This document shows, piece by piece, positions 27,201-38,400 of a DNA stretch of 64,000 nucleotides. This DNA comes from a virus: positions 64,001 through 128,000 of IMG/VR virus record IMGVR_UViG_3300036792_000267. One strand, written 5' to 3'. Positions within the stretch are counted from its first letter, which is position 1. Each line of letters opens with the position of its first letter. Both the position numbers and the translations under genes were made by a program. Under the pieces are notes generated by a model. The model was not told where the DNA came from. It did not search any database and saw nothing but the letters and a program-made list of their open reading frames with translations.

Positions 27201-30200
27201 ACTGGCGCTGGGCGCGGTCGACGCCGCCTCAGTGAACGGCGGCCTGGCCAGCCTGACCAAGGACGCGTCGGCCTGGCAGCGGCTGAAGGCCGGCCTGACC
27301 GACATCGCAGCCGGGTTCGGCGCACTGCCGGCCCGGTTCAGCCTGAGCAGCAAGGCGGCCGGCGAAGCTGAAGTCGCCTTCGATGACATGGGCAACGCGC
27401 TGGTGGCTACTGACGCGGAGATGGCGGCCGGCGCCACGTCCGGCGGCGGCCTGCTCTCGGTGCTCGGGCGGCTCGTCCCGGCCGGCGGCGCTGCCGCCGG
27501 GGCTGCCGCGCTGCTGGGCAGCGCGCTGGCCGCCGCCTACGTCTACCTGGCGCTGCTGCCCGACGCGACCCAGAAGTGGATCAACTCCCTCAACCAGACG
27601 CTGGCTAAGACCACCGCGTTCACTGTGGTCTCCGCGACGGTCGGTGACCTGGCGGCGGTCACCCAGCAACTGGCAAAGGCCCAGGCCGACGGGACAGGCA
27701 ACGCCTCTGAGCTGGCCGGGGCGCAGCGCGGCCTGTCCAGTGACCTGTCCAACGAGCTGGGGCACGTCGGGGCGGTGTCCAAGGCTTACGGCACCGACTT
27801 CCTGGGCGCGCTGGAGCTGCTGAACGCGGCCGGGGTGAAGACCTCCGACATCTTCTCCGCCCAGGGCAAGGCCTGGGAGGCGGACCTGCAGCAGGTCCAG
27901 GGCCTGGTGCAGGGCTACAAGGCGATGGGCCAGGGGCTGTCCGCGCTGCAGCAGGACGTCTCGGTCCAGCTGGTGACCACCAGCGACCAGGTAACCGCCA
28001 TGGGCAACCTGAACAAGGCCTGGGACGCCTGGACCAAGACCGTCGGCGGGGCCCCCAGCACGTTCATCGCCCTGGCCCAGGGCTTCGCCACGTTCAACAC
28101 GGATGCCGCGGCGGCCGGGGCCGCTATGACCGGGCTGAACGCGCCCAGCCTCACCCTGCAGAGCGACTTCCAGTCCAACTACAACAACGTCCAGGCGTTT
28201 TTCGACGCGTTCCGCAACGACCAGGCGCTCACCGGGGCGGGCGACTTCACCAAGTTCGTCAAGGACGCGGTAGCCAGCCTCATCCCGATGGCGGGTGGCT
28301 CCAAGGAGGCCGCCGCCCAGATCTCCGCCCTCGCCCAGGAGGCCGGCGGGCCGGCCACGACCAACATCAAGACGCTGCAGCAGTGGGTCGGCAACATCAA
28401 GGACCCGCTGCTGCAGATGTATAAGGCCAGCAATGACGCAGCGATCGGGGCCTCAAGCCTGAGCCAGGACGCGGCCCGGCTGACCTCCACCCTGCAGCAG
28501 CAGCTCAACCCGGCCATGGCATCGGCCATCTTCAACGCCCACGGCGGCCAGGCCGTCTTCAACGCGTTCGCCGACGCCCTGGCCAAGGGCGGGCCGAGCA
28601 GCGGCGCGACCATCACCGCGGCGCACAACGTGGCCCGCGAGCTGCTGGCGGTGTCCGGCTCCAGCGCTAACGCCAAGGCGAACTTCGTCGGGTTCACCGA
28701 GGCGATGGGGCTGAGCGCCAAGCAGGCTAACGCCCTGTGGGCCCAGGTCACCAAGATCCCGGCCAACGCCAGGACCACCTACACCCTGGACGCGGAGCAG
28801 GCGCTGCAGAAGGCGGAAAAGCTCTCCGCGGAGCTGCCGCACCTGACCGGCCAGAAGAAGCTCCAGGTTGAGGCAGAGGTCAAGGACCTGCAGTTGCAGG
28901 CCATGAACGACAAGCTCAAGGCCGCCAAGGGGGACGTCAGCGACCTCAACAACGCGAGCCTGAGCAAGCTGCGCGGCCAGCTCGCGTCCACCGCCGGCTC
29001 TGCGGCCGACCTCGTCAAGCCCGGCGAAGTCGACACCATCCTCAAGTCGTTCAAGGACGGCACGTTCTACGAGGTCACGTTCCTGGCGTGGATTCCGCAG
29101 GTCCAGCGCGCCCTGAACGTGGTGAACCACGATGTCGGGCAGTTTTTCGCTCATGACATCCCGGTGGCGTTCGGCGTCACCAGCCACGCCTTCGAGGCGG
29201 CGTGGGACGGGATGGTCAACTGGTTCACCCAGTCGGTGCCGCACGGGCTGGAGACGGCCTGGGGCACCGTGTCGTCGTTCTTCGACAAGGCGTTCACCCA
29301 CGACATCCCCGCGGCGTGGGACTCCGCCTGGGGCACCCTGGTCTCCCCGGTCACTCACGCGTTCGATGACGTGAAAACCTGGGTCTCCTCCAATTTCGAC
29401 ACCTGGTGGAAGACCCATGGCCAGGGCGTCATGGCCATCTGGGACACCTTGTGGGGGGAGATCTCCGGGGCGGCCATCAAGGCGTTCGACCTGGTAGAGA
29501 CCGGGGCCACCGGCTTCCGGCACGTCCTCACCGCCATCTTCACCAGCGGCCCCGTCAAGCAGGTCTGGTCCGGGTTCTCCGGTGCAGCCGCCGACACCTG
29601 GCATTTCATCGAGTCCCTGGCCACTGCCGCCTGGCAGATGGCGGTCGCCGGCGCGCGGGCCACCTGGAACGAGGTCGCCGCGCTAGGCAAGGCGGCCTGG
29701 GACCTGGTGGTCGCGGCGGCCAGGGCTGCCTGGGACATCATCTGGGCCCTGATCGGCGCCGAGGTCAAGTCCGCGGCAGCCATCGCGACCGCGTCGTTCA
29801 AGGTGCTGTGGGACCAGGTGGTCGCGCTGGCCAAGGTCGGCTGGGACACCATCGTCCTGATCATCAACGAGGTCATTGACCTCTTCACCGGGCACTGGGC
29901 CACGGCGTGGAAGGACCTGCAGGCGTACGGCATCCAGGTGTGGAACGCCGTCAAGACAGCCGGCATCCAGACGTGGAACGCGATCTCGACTGCGGCGACC
30001 CAGGTGTGGAACGCGATCTGGAACGCCGTCAAGACGGCTGCCACCCAGACCTGGAACGCGTTCAAGACCGGCGGCCAGCAGGCGTGGTCCGCGATCTGGC
30101 ACTCGCTGCAGGCCACGTTCATCAACCCGCTGGCGGCTTTCTTCACCTCCACCGTGCCCAAGTGGTGGGACAGCTTCGCGAACTTCGCGTCCTCTACCTG

Positions 30201-32589
30201 GACCAAGGTGTGGTCCGGCTTCCAGAAGAACGTCCTGCAGCCGATCGAGGGCTTCTTCACCTCGACACTGCCCAACGCCATGTGGAACTCCCTCAAGGGC
30301 GGGATTGACCACGTAATCTCCGGGCTGAACACGGTCATCGGCTGGATCAACGCGGTGACTTCGGTCGTGGGCGTGCACATCTCCCCGATCTCGATGCTCG
30401 CGGCCGGCGGCGTGGCCCCGCAGCGGATGGCGCACGGCAGCGTGCCGGGGACGGGCGACGAGGACGGCACGCACATCATCGCGATGGGCGGGGAGTACAT
30501 CCTGCGCAAGCCCGCCAGGATGGCCCTGCAGGCCGCCTACGGGCCCCAGTTCCTCGATGAGCTGAACCAGGCGGACTCCTGGCTGGGCTCGGGCTCGCGC
30601 GGCAGCACGGCCACCCAGCAGCGCCGTCCGGGCCGGTACGCGTCCGGTGGCATCCCGGTCATCTCCGACATCGGCAACTGGCTGGGCGACGCGGGCAGCG
30701 CCGTCGCCGGGGCCGCCTCCTCCGTCTGGCACGGCGTCGCCGACGCGGCCGGCGAGGTCGCCAAGTTCGGGGAGAAGGCCGTCTTCGACGCCATGTGGTC
30801 GGTCTCCGGCGCCCCGGCGGAGAAGGCGATGGAGGCGCTGGGCACGCCCGGTGACATGGGCGCGGCGTGGCTGCAGACCATCCACAACGGGGTGGAGAAC
30901 TACGTCACCGCCCAGACCGCCAAGGCGCAGGCGTCCAGCAAGTCGACCGGCTCCATCACCGGCGCCGGGGTGTCCAACTCCTCGGCCTACGCGGCCCTGC
31001 AGTCGGCGGCGGCCAAGAAGGGCTGGACCGGGGCCCAGTGGGCCGCGCTCAACGACGTGGAGATGGCCGAGGCAGGCTACAGCCTCACCGCCACCAACCC
31101 GAGCAGCGGCGCGTACGGCATGGCCCAGTTTATTAACGGACCGGGAGAGTACGCACAGTACGGCGGTAATTCGACAACAGCAGCGGGACAAGCGGTAGCG
31201 ATGGTAAATTACATCGCACAAAGATACGGAAATCCAGAGAGCGCATGGGCTCATGAGGTCGCGTACCACTGGTATGCCGCAGGCGGGCCGGTCATCGACG
31301 CCATCCGCGCCGTCACCGGCAACGTCAACGAGCAGGAGGCGATGGCCCTCGGCTCGTGGCTGCTGACCAGGATGAACCCGGCGGGTACCGCGCCGCACTA
31401 CAGCGAGTCCGGGGCCTGGCTGATTAACACCGCCAAGAACAAGGCCGTCACCCAGACGCAGGCGCTCAACGCCAACAACGCTGCCCGGTACCTCGCGCCG
31501 TACTACGCCAAGGCCATCCTCGGGTCCACCCCGGCGTCGTGGAAGGCGACCCCGGCGACCGCCGCACTCAAGGCCGACGCCGCCGTGGCCGCCGCTACCG
31601 GCACGCACTGGTCCACCCCGTCGGCCGCCACCCTCGCAGCCGGGTGGAACGCCGTGTCGACCGACCTGGGCCCGGCCGTCAAGCAGGTCACAGCGGCGGC
31701 CAGCACCAGTGACACCGCCGCCTACCAGGCTGCTGCCGCGCAGCTGTACCCCGACTGGGAGGGCGCGCTCAACCCCTGGAAGACGCTGAGCGCGCTCCAC
31801 CAGCCCAAGGGCGTATCGGCCCCGGACTGGGCGTCGTGGCTGGCCCAGCGCGCCGTCATCGCCAACCGGGTGAGCGTGGCCGGCAGCTACGTCGCGCCGC
31901 TGTTCGATGACCTGAAAGTCAACCCGCAGGAGCTGACCGCGGCCATGTGGTCGCACACCGACTCCAGCGTGCGGCGCTGGCAGGCGGCGATGGACGTGGC
32001 CGGCTGGGCCAAGTCCAAGGAGCCGGCGCTCTACAGCCCGATCCAGTCCAACCTGGCCAAGCTGGAGCCCGAGATCGTCAAGGCGGGCAACGCGTGGATC
32101 AACGTCTGGGGCACCACCCATACCCCGCCGCCGGGCGGAGGAGGCGGGTCCTCCGGCGGCGGAGGCGGAGGCACGATCGGCCCCGGCAGCGGCCCTGGTG
32201 GCAGCGCCGGGTCTACGGTCATCGACCTCGCCCCGCTCATCACTGGCGGCCCCAAGGTGGCCAACGCCGGGGATTACGGCTTCAACATTGCCGCGGGCGG
32301 CGGTGTCCCCGGCAATGTCGCGGCGATGTTCTCCGGCGGCATGGCCATGGCGGCTGGCGGGGTGGTGCCCAACCTGTTCGTGCCGGGCCTGTCGGCCAAC
32401 CTTTCGCGGCAGCTCACCGCCGCCACCTCCGGCCAGTTGCCGCGCACCCTGTCGGATGCGGCCGGCAACCGGGTGGGCCTGCAGGTCGAGAACCTGACGA
32501 TTTCCAATCCTGTTGCCGAAAAGCCGTCTGACTCCATCACCAGAGCCAGCAACAGGCTGGCATTCCTTGGCGGGAGGGGGATGGTCTGA
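24220..32589 (+). CDS. tape measure protein with lytic transglycosylase domain, two N-terminal coding gaps (24247-24260, 24285-24297)
   Basis: 2758 aa ORF from 24313; Trp-periodic repeats; EAGYSLTATNPSSGAYGMAQF SLT motif; reconstructed start MAYEGPEYW|YVIYKAIG|DFGDLMRDAA. Confidence 0.9.
25192..25239 (+). repeat. 24-nt tandem duplication in tape measure
   Basis: GCGGATTCCGCGCTGTCGGCCACG x2. Confidence 0.9.
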
Positions 32590-33452
32590 TGGTCGCTGCC
32601 CCAGTCGGCGCGTTCTTCCCCAACGAATTGTGGTACTGGAACGGAAACCCCCTCAATCAACCATATTGGAACATCGCCACGTTCGGGGGAAGCAGGTTCG
32701 GCCTGCCCACGCTGCGCGGCCAGGACTACGCAGTGCCTTACCGGGCCGGCCAGAGCTGGCGGGCCAAGTACCCCGATGAGCGCACCATCACGCTCACCAT
32801 GTGGACTGACAGCCAGATGTCGGCTAGCCAGTCTTACCCGGCAGGCGACCCGCGCCGGGCGTTCAACGACAACTGGCAGCAGTTGCGCGGGATGTTCTTC
32901 ACCCGCGGTTCCCAGGGCAGCGTGCAAGGCCAGCTCACCCGCAACTGGTTCCTGACGGTCAGCGGCTCGCCGGTCATGGTCCAGTCCACCGCCATGGCGG
33001 AGATCGCCGGCTCGATGGACCCGACGATGAACGGGCGGCTGAGTGCCGCGTTCTCCGTTGACCTGCTGCTGAACGACCCGTACTTCTACGGCGGCGCACG
33101 GAACCAGGCCACCTCCGGCGGCGGGGCGACTATTAACGCGCTGGGCGAGGGCGTGGTGGGCGAGGGCTACGCCAGCGCGGTCAACGCCTTCACGGTGAAG
33201 ATCACGACACCTTGCACCGTCACCAACTCCACCGCCGGGGTGAGCTTCACCCACACCGGGGCGGGCGTGGTGTCGTGGCCGGTCACGGTCGACGTGCTGC
33301 GCTACACCGCCACAGATAACGTCGGCAACAACGTGGTCGGCGGGCTGAGCCATGTCGGCAGCCGGATGTGGATGTGCCTGCTCACCGGCTCGAATACGAT
33401 CTCGGTCAGCGCCGGCACGGCCACGTTCAACTGGCACGACTGCTACGTCTGA
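32589..33452 (+). CDS. distal tail protein (Dit-like)
   Basis: follows tape measure; ERTITL...DPYFYG...GSNTI. Confidence 0.75.
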   Translation: MVAAPVGAFFPNELWYWNGNPLNQPYWNIATFGGSRFGLPTLRGQDYAVPYRAGQSWRAKYPDERTITLTMWTDSQMSASQSYPAGDPRRAFNDNWQQLRGMFFTRGSQGSVQGQLTRNWFLTVSGSPVMVQSTAMAEIAGSMDPTMNGRLSAAFSVDLLLNDPYFYGGARNQATSGGGATINALGEGVVGEGYASAVNAFTVKITTPCTVTNSTAGVSFTHTGAGVVSWPVTVDVLRYTATDNVGNNVVGGLSHVGSRMWMCLLTGSNTISVSAGTATFNWHDCYV

Positions 33453-33511
33453 CCAGCGTCCGATTACACCGCCCGAGAGTCCCCGCGAGGGCCGAGGGAG
33501 GTGCAGCTGCG

Positions 33512-34426
33512 GTGGTGCAGTGGCGTTATTACTCGAACGTAGCCGTGCAGGACACCACCGCCGCGGCGCTGTCCACCTCGGCCACCTCGATTGTCACCGG
33601 CTCCGGTGCCCCGCAGGGCTACCCGACCAGCTTCCCGTTCACGCTGTCGCTTGAACCCGGGACCGCCAACTTCGAGCTTGTCAGTGTCACCGCCGGCGCG
33701 GGCACCAGCGCCACCCCGTGGACGGTGACGCGCGGCTATGACGGCACCCTGGGCCGGACGCACGCGGCGGGCGTTAACCTGGTGCACAGCTGGAGCGCGG
33801 GTGACCTGACCGAGGCCGCCCAGCACTACGCGATGGGCTCGGGCAGCGGGGTGCACGGCCTGCCGGCGTCGGCGTGGGCGGGCAACGCGGCGGTCACCCT
33901 CAACGAGACCACGCTGGCCAACTCGACCACCAACGTCATCTCCTGGTCAGGCCTCCCGGCCACCTACCAGCACCTGCTCATCCTGGTGCAGGCCCGGCTG
34001 ACCGAGACCACCGCGCTGACCGACGACATCTCGCTGACGTTCAACGGCGACACCGGCGCGCACTACAGCTCGCTCACCATGTCGGCGACCAACACCTCCG
34101 GCTCGCTGGTGGGCCCGGCCGCGGCCACCGCGTTCGCCACGGCAAACATCCCCGCCTTCCGGGTGGCCGCCAGCCAGGGCGGGGCGCCGGCCAACGCCGG
34201 GTCGGGCTTCGCGTGGGTGCCCAACTACGCCAGCGCGGCCTTCAACAAGAACGTCCTCGCCTTCAGCGGGGCAGGCAACGGCACCTCCGCCATGGTTGAC
34301 GGGCGGCTGCGCTGGGGTTTCTGGAACCCGTCGGCGCAGGCTGCGGTCACCGCCGTGTCGCTCACCGCCCCGGCCGGGTCCAACTTCCTGACCGGCAGCA
34401 CCTTCGCCATCTACGGAGTCGGCTGA
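33512..34426 (+). CDS. minor tail protein
   Basis: WTVTRGYDGT; PATYQHL; GSTFAIYGV motifs; GGAGG at 33497. Confidence 0.7.
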   Translation: MVQWRYYSNVAVQDTTAAALSTSATSIVTGSGAPQGYPTSFPFTLSLEPGTANFELVSVTAGAGTSATPWTVTRGYDGTLGRTHAAGVNLVHSWSAGDLTEAAQHYAMGSGSGVHGLPASAWAGNAAVTLNETTLANSTTNVISWSGLPATYQHLLILVQARLTETTALTDDISLTFNGDTGAHYSSLTMSATNTSGSLVGPAAATAFATANIPAFRVAASQGGAPANAGSGFAWVPNYASAAFNKNVLAFSGAGNGTSAMVDGRLRWGFWNPSAQAAVTAVSLTAPAGSNFLTGSTFAIYGVG

Positions 34427-34629
34427 TGGCGACGGAGCGGATTGTCGACCTGGAGCGCCAGCGGTACGCCGACCGCGAGTTCGAGGGCCCGCTGCCTGTG
34501 TCCGGGTCCCTGGAGGAGGCGCAACGGGCGAGCCGGCAGCGCCTTGCCCTGGCCAGGCTGCGTGCCAGCGCGGCTCAGCACCACGAGCTGGCCAGGGACA
34601 TCCTCATCCTCCTGGGGCTGGACGAATGA
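34426..34629 (+). CDS. hypothetical protein
   Basis: TGATG coupling. Confidence 0.55.
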   Translation: MATERIVDLERQRYADREFEGPLPVSGSLEEAQRASRQRLALARLRASAAQHHELARDILILLGLDE

Positions 34630-34775
34630 GCGAGCCGGTGACCGTGACCGATTACGACGAGTGCCAGGTGACCGAGGGGCTTGAGCTGGGCCTGCAGGGC
34701 CGCGGCCTCGTTCCCTACCCGGCCGTTCCGGGGCCGCCCCCGCGCCCGGTGCCGAGCGAGGAGGAAGCGCAGTGA
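34626..34775 (+). CDS. small hypothetical protein (49 aa, not in ORF track)
   Basis: ATGA/GTGA overlaps; MSEPVTVTDYDECQVTEGL... Confidence 0.5.
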   Translation: MSEPVTVTDYDECQVTEGLELGLQGRGLVPYPAVPGPPPRPVPSEEEAQ

Positions 34776-35407
34776 CGCACCGGGAGTTCGCGGCGGTACA
34801 GACGGGCCTGGTCATCCGCAAGTGGGACGCGAGCCAGACAGAGTGGGTTGTCCGCAGGGAGCGGGGGGACGCCGCCGTCGGCCTGATGCGTGCCGGCCGC
34901 AACGTCAGTGTCTCGCCGGAGACATTCGCGCGCTACAGCGTGGAGCCGTATGAGACCTGGCAGCAGGAGAACGTCAACAACATCCTGCAGGCCGGGTGGG
35001 TGGCGCTGCTCGGCGGCATCGCCGGCACGTCCATCACCACCAAGTACTCCGCCTCAGTCGGCCGCATCGGGGTGGGGGACTCCACCACGGCGGTCGCCTA
35101 CACGCAGACCGACCTGCAGGCGAGCACCAACAAGTACTACCAGCTGGTCTCCGGCGCTCCCGCCATCTCCACCGGCAGCTCCCCGCCCACCCTGGTCTTC
35201 GCCGCCACGTTCGGCACCGGCAACGGCAACTTCGCGTGGAACGAGTTCATCACCGACGAGGGCACGGCGAGCAACGCCGGCCCGGTGGTGGCGGTCTGCC
35301 TCAACCGGGGCCAGGTCGCCATGGGCACCAAGGCCAGCGGCCAGACGTGGACGGCGACCGAGACCATCAGCTTCGGCTACCCGAGTGCTTCCGGCGTGGT
35401 CGTCTAG
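34772..35407 (+). CDS. minor tail protein
   Basis: RIGVGDSTTA...FAATFGTGNGNFAWNE...LNR...GTKASGQTW. Confidence 0.7.
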   Translation: MTHREFAAVQTGLVIRKWDASQTEWVVRRERGDAAVGLMRAGRNVSVSPETFARYSVEPYETWQQENVNNILQAGWVALLGGIAGTSITTKYSASVGRIGVGDSTTAVAYTQTDLQASTNKYYQLVSGAPAISTGSSPPTLVFAATFGTGNGNFAWNEFITDEGTASNAGPVVAVCLNRGQVAMGTKASGQTWTATETISFGYPSASGVVV

Positions 35408-35454
35408 CTCCCCCCGGGCTGCGCCTTACCGCGCCTGAAGGGAGGTAACCGCGG

Positions 35455-38400
35455 GTGGCTCCCTCAGTCGTTCAGGCGCTGGCCGTTTCCAACTCCCTGA
35501 CGGGCACGCTCGGCACGCCGACCACGGCAGGTAACTGCCTGGTCTACGTCATAATTACCGAGACCGGCACTAACGTCACCATGACGGTGACGGGTGCCAC
35601 CCTCGGCGGGTCGGCAGGAAACTTCGCGCAGGCGATCTCCAAGCAGTCAGGGTTCGCCAGCAGCGCCACCCAGTTCGTAGCCATCTGGGTTGACCGGAAC
35701 TGCGCGGGCGGGCAGACGGCGGTGGCCGTCGCCGGGACCAACCTGAACATCGGCGCTGGTACTGACAACGGCTACGTCGTCCTGGAGATCGCTGGCCTGG
35801 ACACCAGCAGCCCGGTGGACACCACGGCCCAGGCCAGCAACGCCGCCACTACGGGCACCGCCCTGTCCACCGGCTCGACCGGCACCACGGCGCAGGCGTC
35901 TGAGATCGCGGTCGGCGGCCTGTCCGGCTTCAACTCCCTGTCCTCCTACACCAGCGGCTACACGACCAGCGGCATCTCCGGTGGATTCAACACCGCCGGG
36001 TACAAGGTCTTGTCCGCCACGGGTACCCAGTCCTTCGGGTGCAACCAGTCGGCCACCGGCCCGTGGGCCGCCGCCGTCATCACGCTGAAAGCCGCGTCCG
36101 GAACGGTCCCGGTAGCGCAGGCTGACGTCGCGGGCGCTGCTGACGTCCTGGGTGCCAGTGCCGCCGCGCCCATTGCCGACGTCGCGGGCGCGGCGGAATC
36201 GATTGTCATCACCGTCCCGGCTGCGGATACTGCGGGAGCTGCTGACGTCCTGGCCGCTAACGCAGCCGCGCCGCAGGCCGACGCGGCGGGCGCCGCGGAC
36301 TCGGTGGTCATCGGGGTTCCCCCTGCTGACGCTGCGGGCGCCACGGACTCGGTGGCCATCTCCATCCCCGCCCCGCAGGCCGACGCGGCGGGCGCGGCCG
36401 ACTCGCTTTCCGTCGCCGTCATCGCGCCGATGACGGATGCCGGCGGCGCGAAAGACGCCGCCGCTAACATCACCCCCACGCCAGCCGACGCCGGCGGGGC
36501 GAAAGACGCCCTGACGGCTAACGCTGCCGTCCCGGCGAGGGATGCCGGCGGCGCAGCCGACGCCCTCGGCTACCTGGTGGGCGTCGCGCCGGGGGACGCG
36601 GCCGGCGCGACGGAAGCGGTGTCCGTTGTCGTCGGCATCACCGTGCGCGACGAGGCTGGCGCAGTTGACGCTACCGGGGTGGTGGGGGCGGGCACCGGGC
36701 CGACTGGCTTCGGGTCCGCCTTGCCGGCGTCGGTTCTCAACGCCTACACCGGGCCGGGCTACCAGGGCGGCCCGTCTGGTGCGGGGTCGATCGCCCCGAG
36801 CGCGCTGGGCAACGGCTGGGAGATCAACGTCCGGTCGGCGGCCGACTACACCACGCTGCTCGCGGTCATCCCCGGCTCGATGCTTGTGAACTGGCAGTTC
36901 GCCCGGATGCTCAACGACATCGGCTCGGGCACGGCGGTGCTCAACCAGGACGACCCGTGGTGGGAGCAGGTGACGCTGCCGGGCGGGCTGGCAACGGAGA
37001 CGCTGCTTGACGACGAGTGCCTGTGGCAAGTGTGGAAAGACGGGGTGTGCCGCTTCGAGTTCTTCGGGGAGACCATCACCGAGCAGCTGGTTGACGGCTC
37101 CGAGCAGCGCCAGGTCACCGTCACCGGGCCAGGCACGCTCACCTCGCTGAAGTGGGCCATGGTCGCCCCGCAGGGCTTCCCCGACATCGTGCTCAAGCTG
37201 GACGGCCTGCTGGACGCCTTCGATGAGGTCGACAACGCCGGCAACCCGGTGCTGGACACCAACATCTGGACCACGGCCTCGCCCGCCAGCGATGTCTACA
37301 TCACGCCGATCGCGGTCATCTACAACTACCCGACCGGGGCCGGCTACGCGCTGTCCACGCTGTACCCGTCGGGCTCGCTCACCCTGTCCGCCACGCCGGG
37401 GACCACTTACCTGGGGGCCAGCCCGTACGACGCCACGGACACCCTCATCAGCGTGGAGATCTCGCCTATCGGGGTGAGCGGCAGTTCCACCGACACCACC
37501 ACCCCGACCACTTACGGCACCGGGCTCGACGGGTCCGAGCTGACCCAGTTCTATATCCAGTCCAACTTCAACAGCAGCAACTACGCGATGATCGGCCTGT
37601 CCGCGACCGCCTTCTACGCCCAGCTGGGGTCCGGCGGCCAGGTGCAGACCAAGATCCTGCCTGCTTACGACACCCAGAGTCACGGCAACTGGATGATTAC
37701 CGAGCAGGCCGGCTCGGGCGGCGGCCCCGGGACCTTCTACTTCTGGACGTCGACTGACGGCCAGAACTGGGTCCTCCAGTGGCAGGTAGTGCACAGCTGG
37801 GACGCCACCAACGTGACGTTCTTCGTCACTGCCACCTACTCCACGGCAGGCAAGCAGACAGTTCAGATTTCCAACCTGAACTCTAACGTCACCACCCCGA
37901 GCTACCAGGGCTCGATCTACCTGGGCGAGCCCATGATGGGGGTCTGGCTCGACCAGTTCAGCCAGGCGCAGCGGCGCGGCACCATCCCGTTCGTCACCTC
38001 CACCGTCACCGCCGCCGCCGACAGCTTCGGCCGGGCGTGGAACGACACCGAGAACGTGCAGGCCACCAACGGCACTGACCTGTACTCGTTCCTCCAGGGC
38101 GCGACCGCGGTAGTCGACGCGGACTTCGTGATGAACCCCGGCTTCCAGCTTGTTGTGGGGGTGCCTGCCGCCGGCGAGGTCGCCGTTGGCGTGGACCGCT
38201 CGGGCTACCTCATCTTCCGCGAGGGCTATGACATCCAGGCCAGGCAGCGCACCCGCGCGCGTGACCAGATCGCCACCCTCATCGGCGGGGAGAACAGCGA
38301 CGGCCACGAGATCTCGGCTTACAGCCCGGCGTTCATCACCGAGTGGGGGCAGCGCGAGGCGTGGTTCCAGACCTCGGCCCAGGTCGACCCGGTCTCGATG

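Noticed and set aside
31129-31257. DGR template repeat suggested by adenine richness
   Set aside because: No matching variable repeat or reverse transcriptase in the window.
24292-38307. Long minus-strand ORFs (e.g. 29683..32121, 35647..38307)
   Set aside because: Antisense shadows of high-GC3 plus-strand genes.
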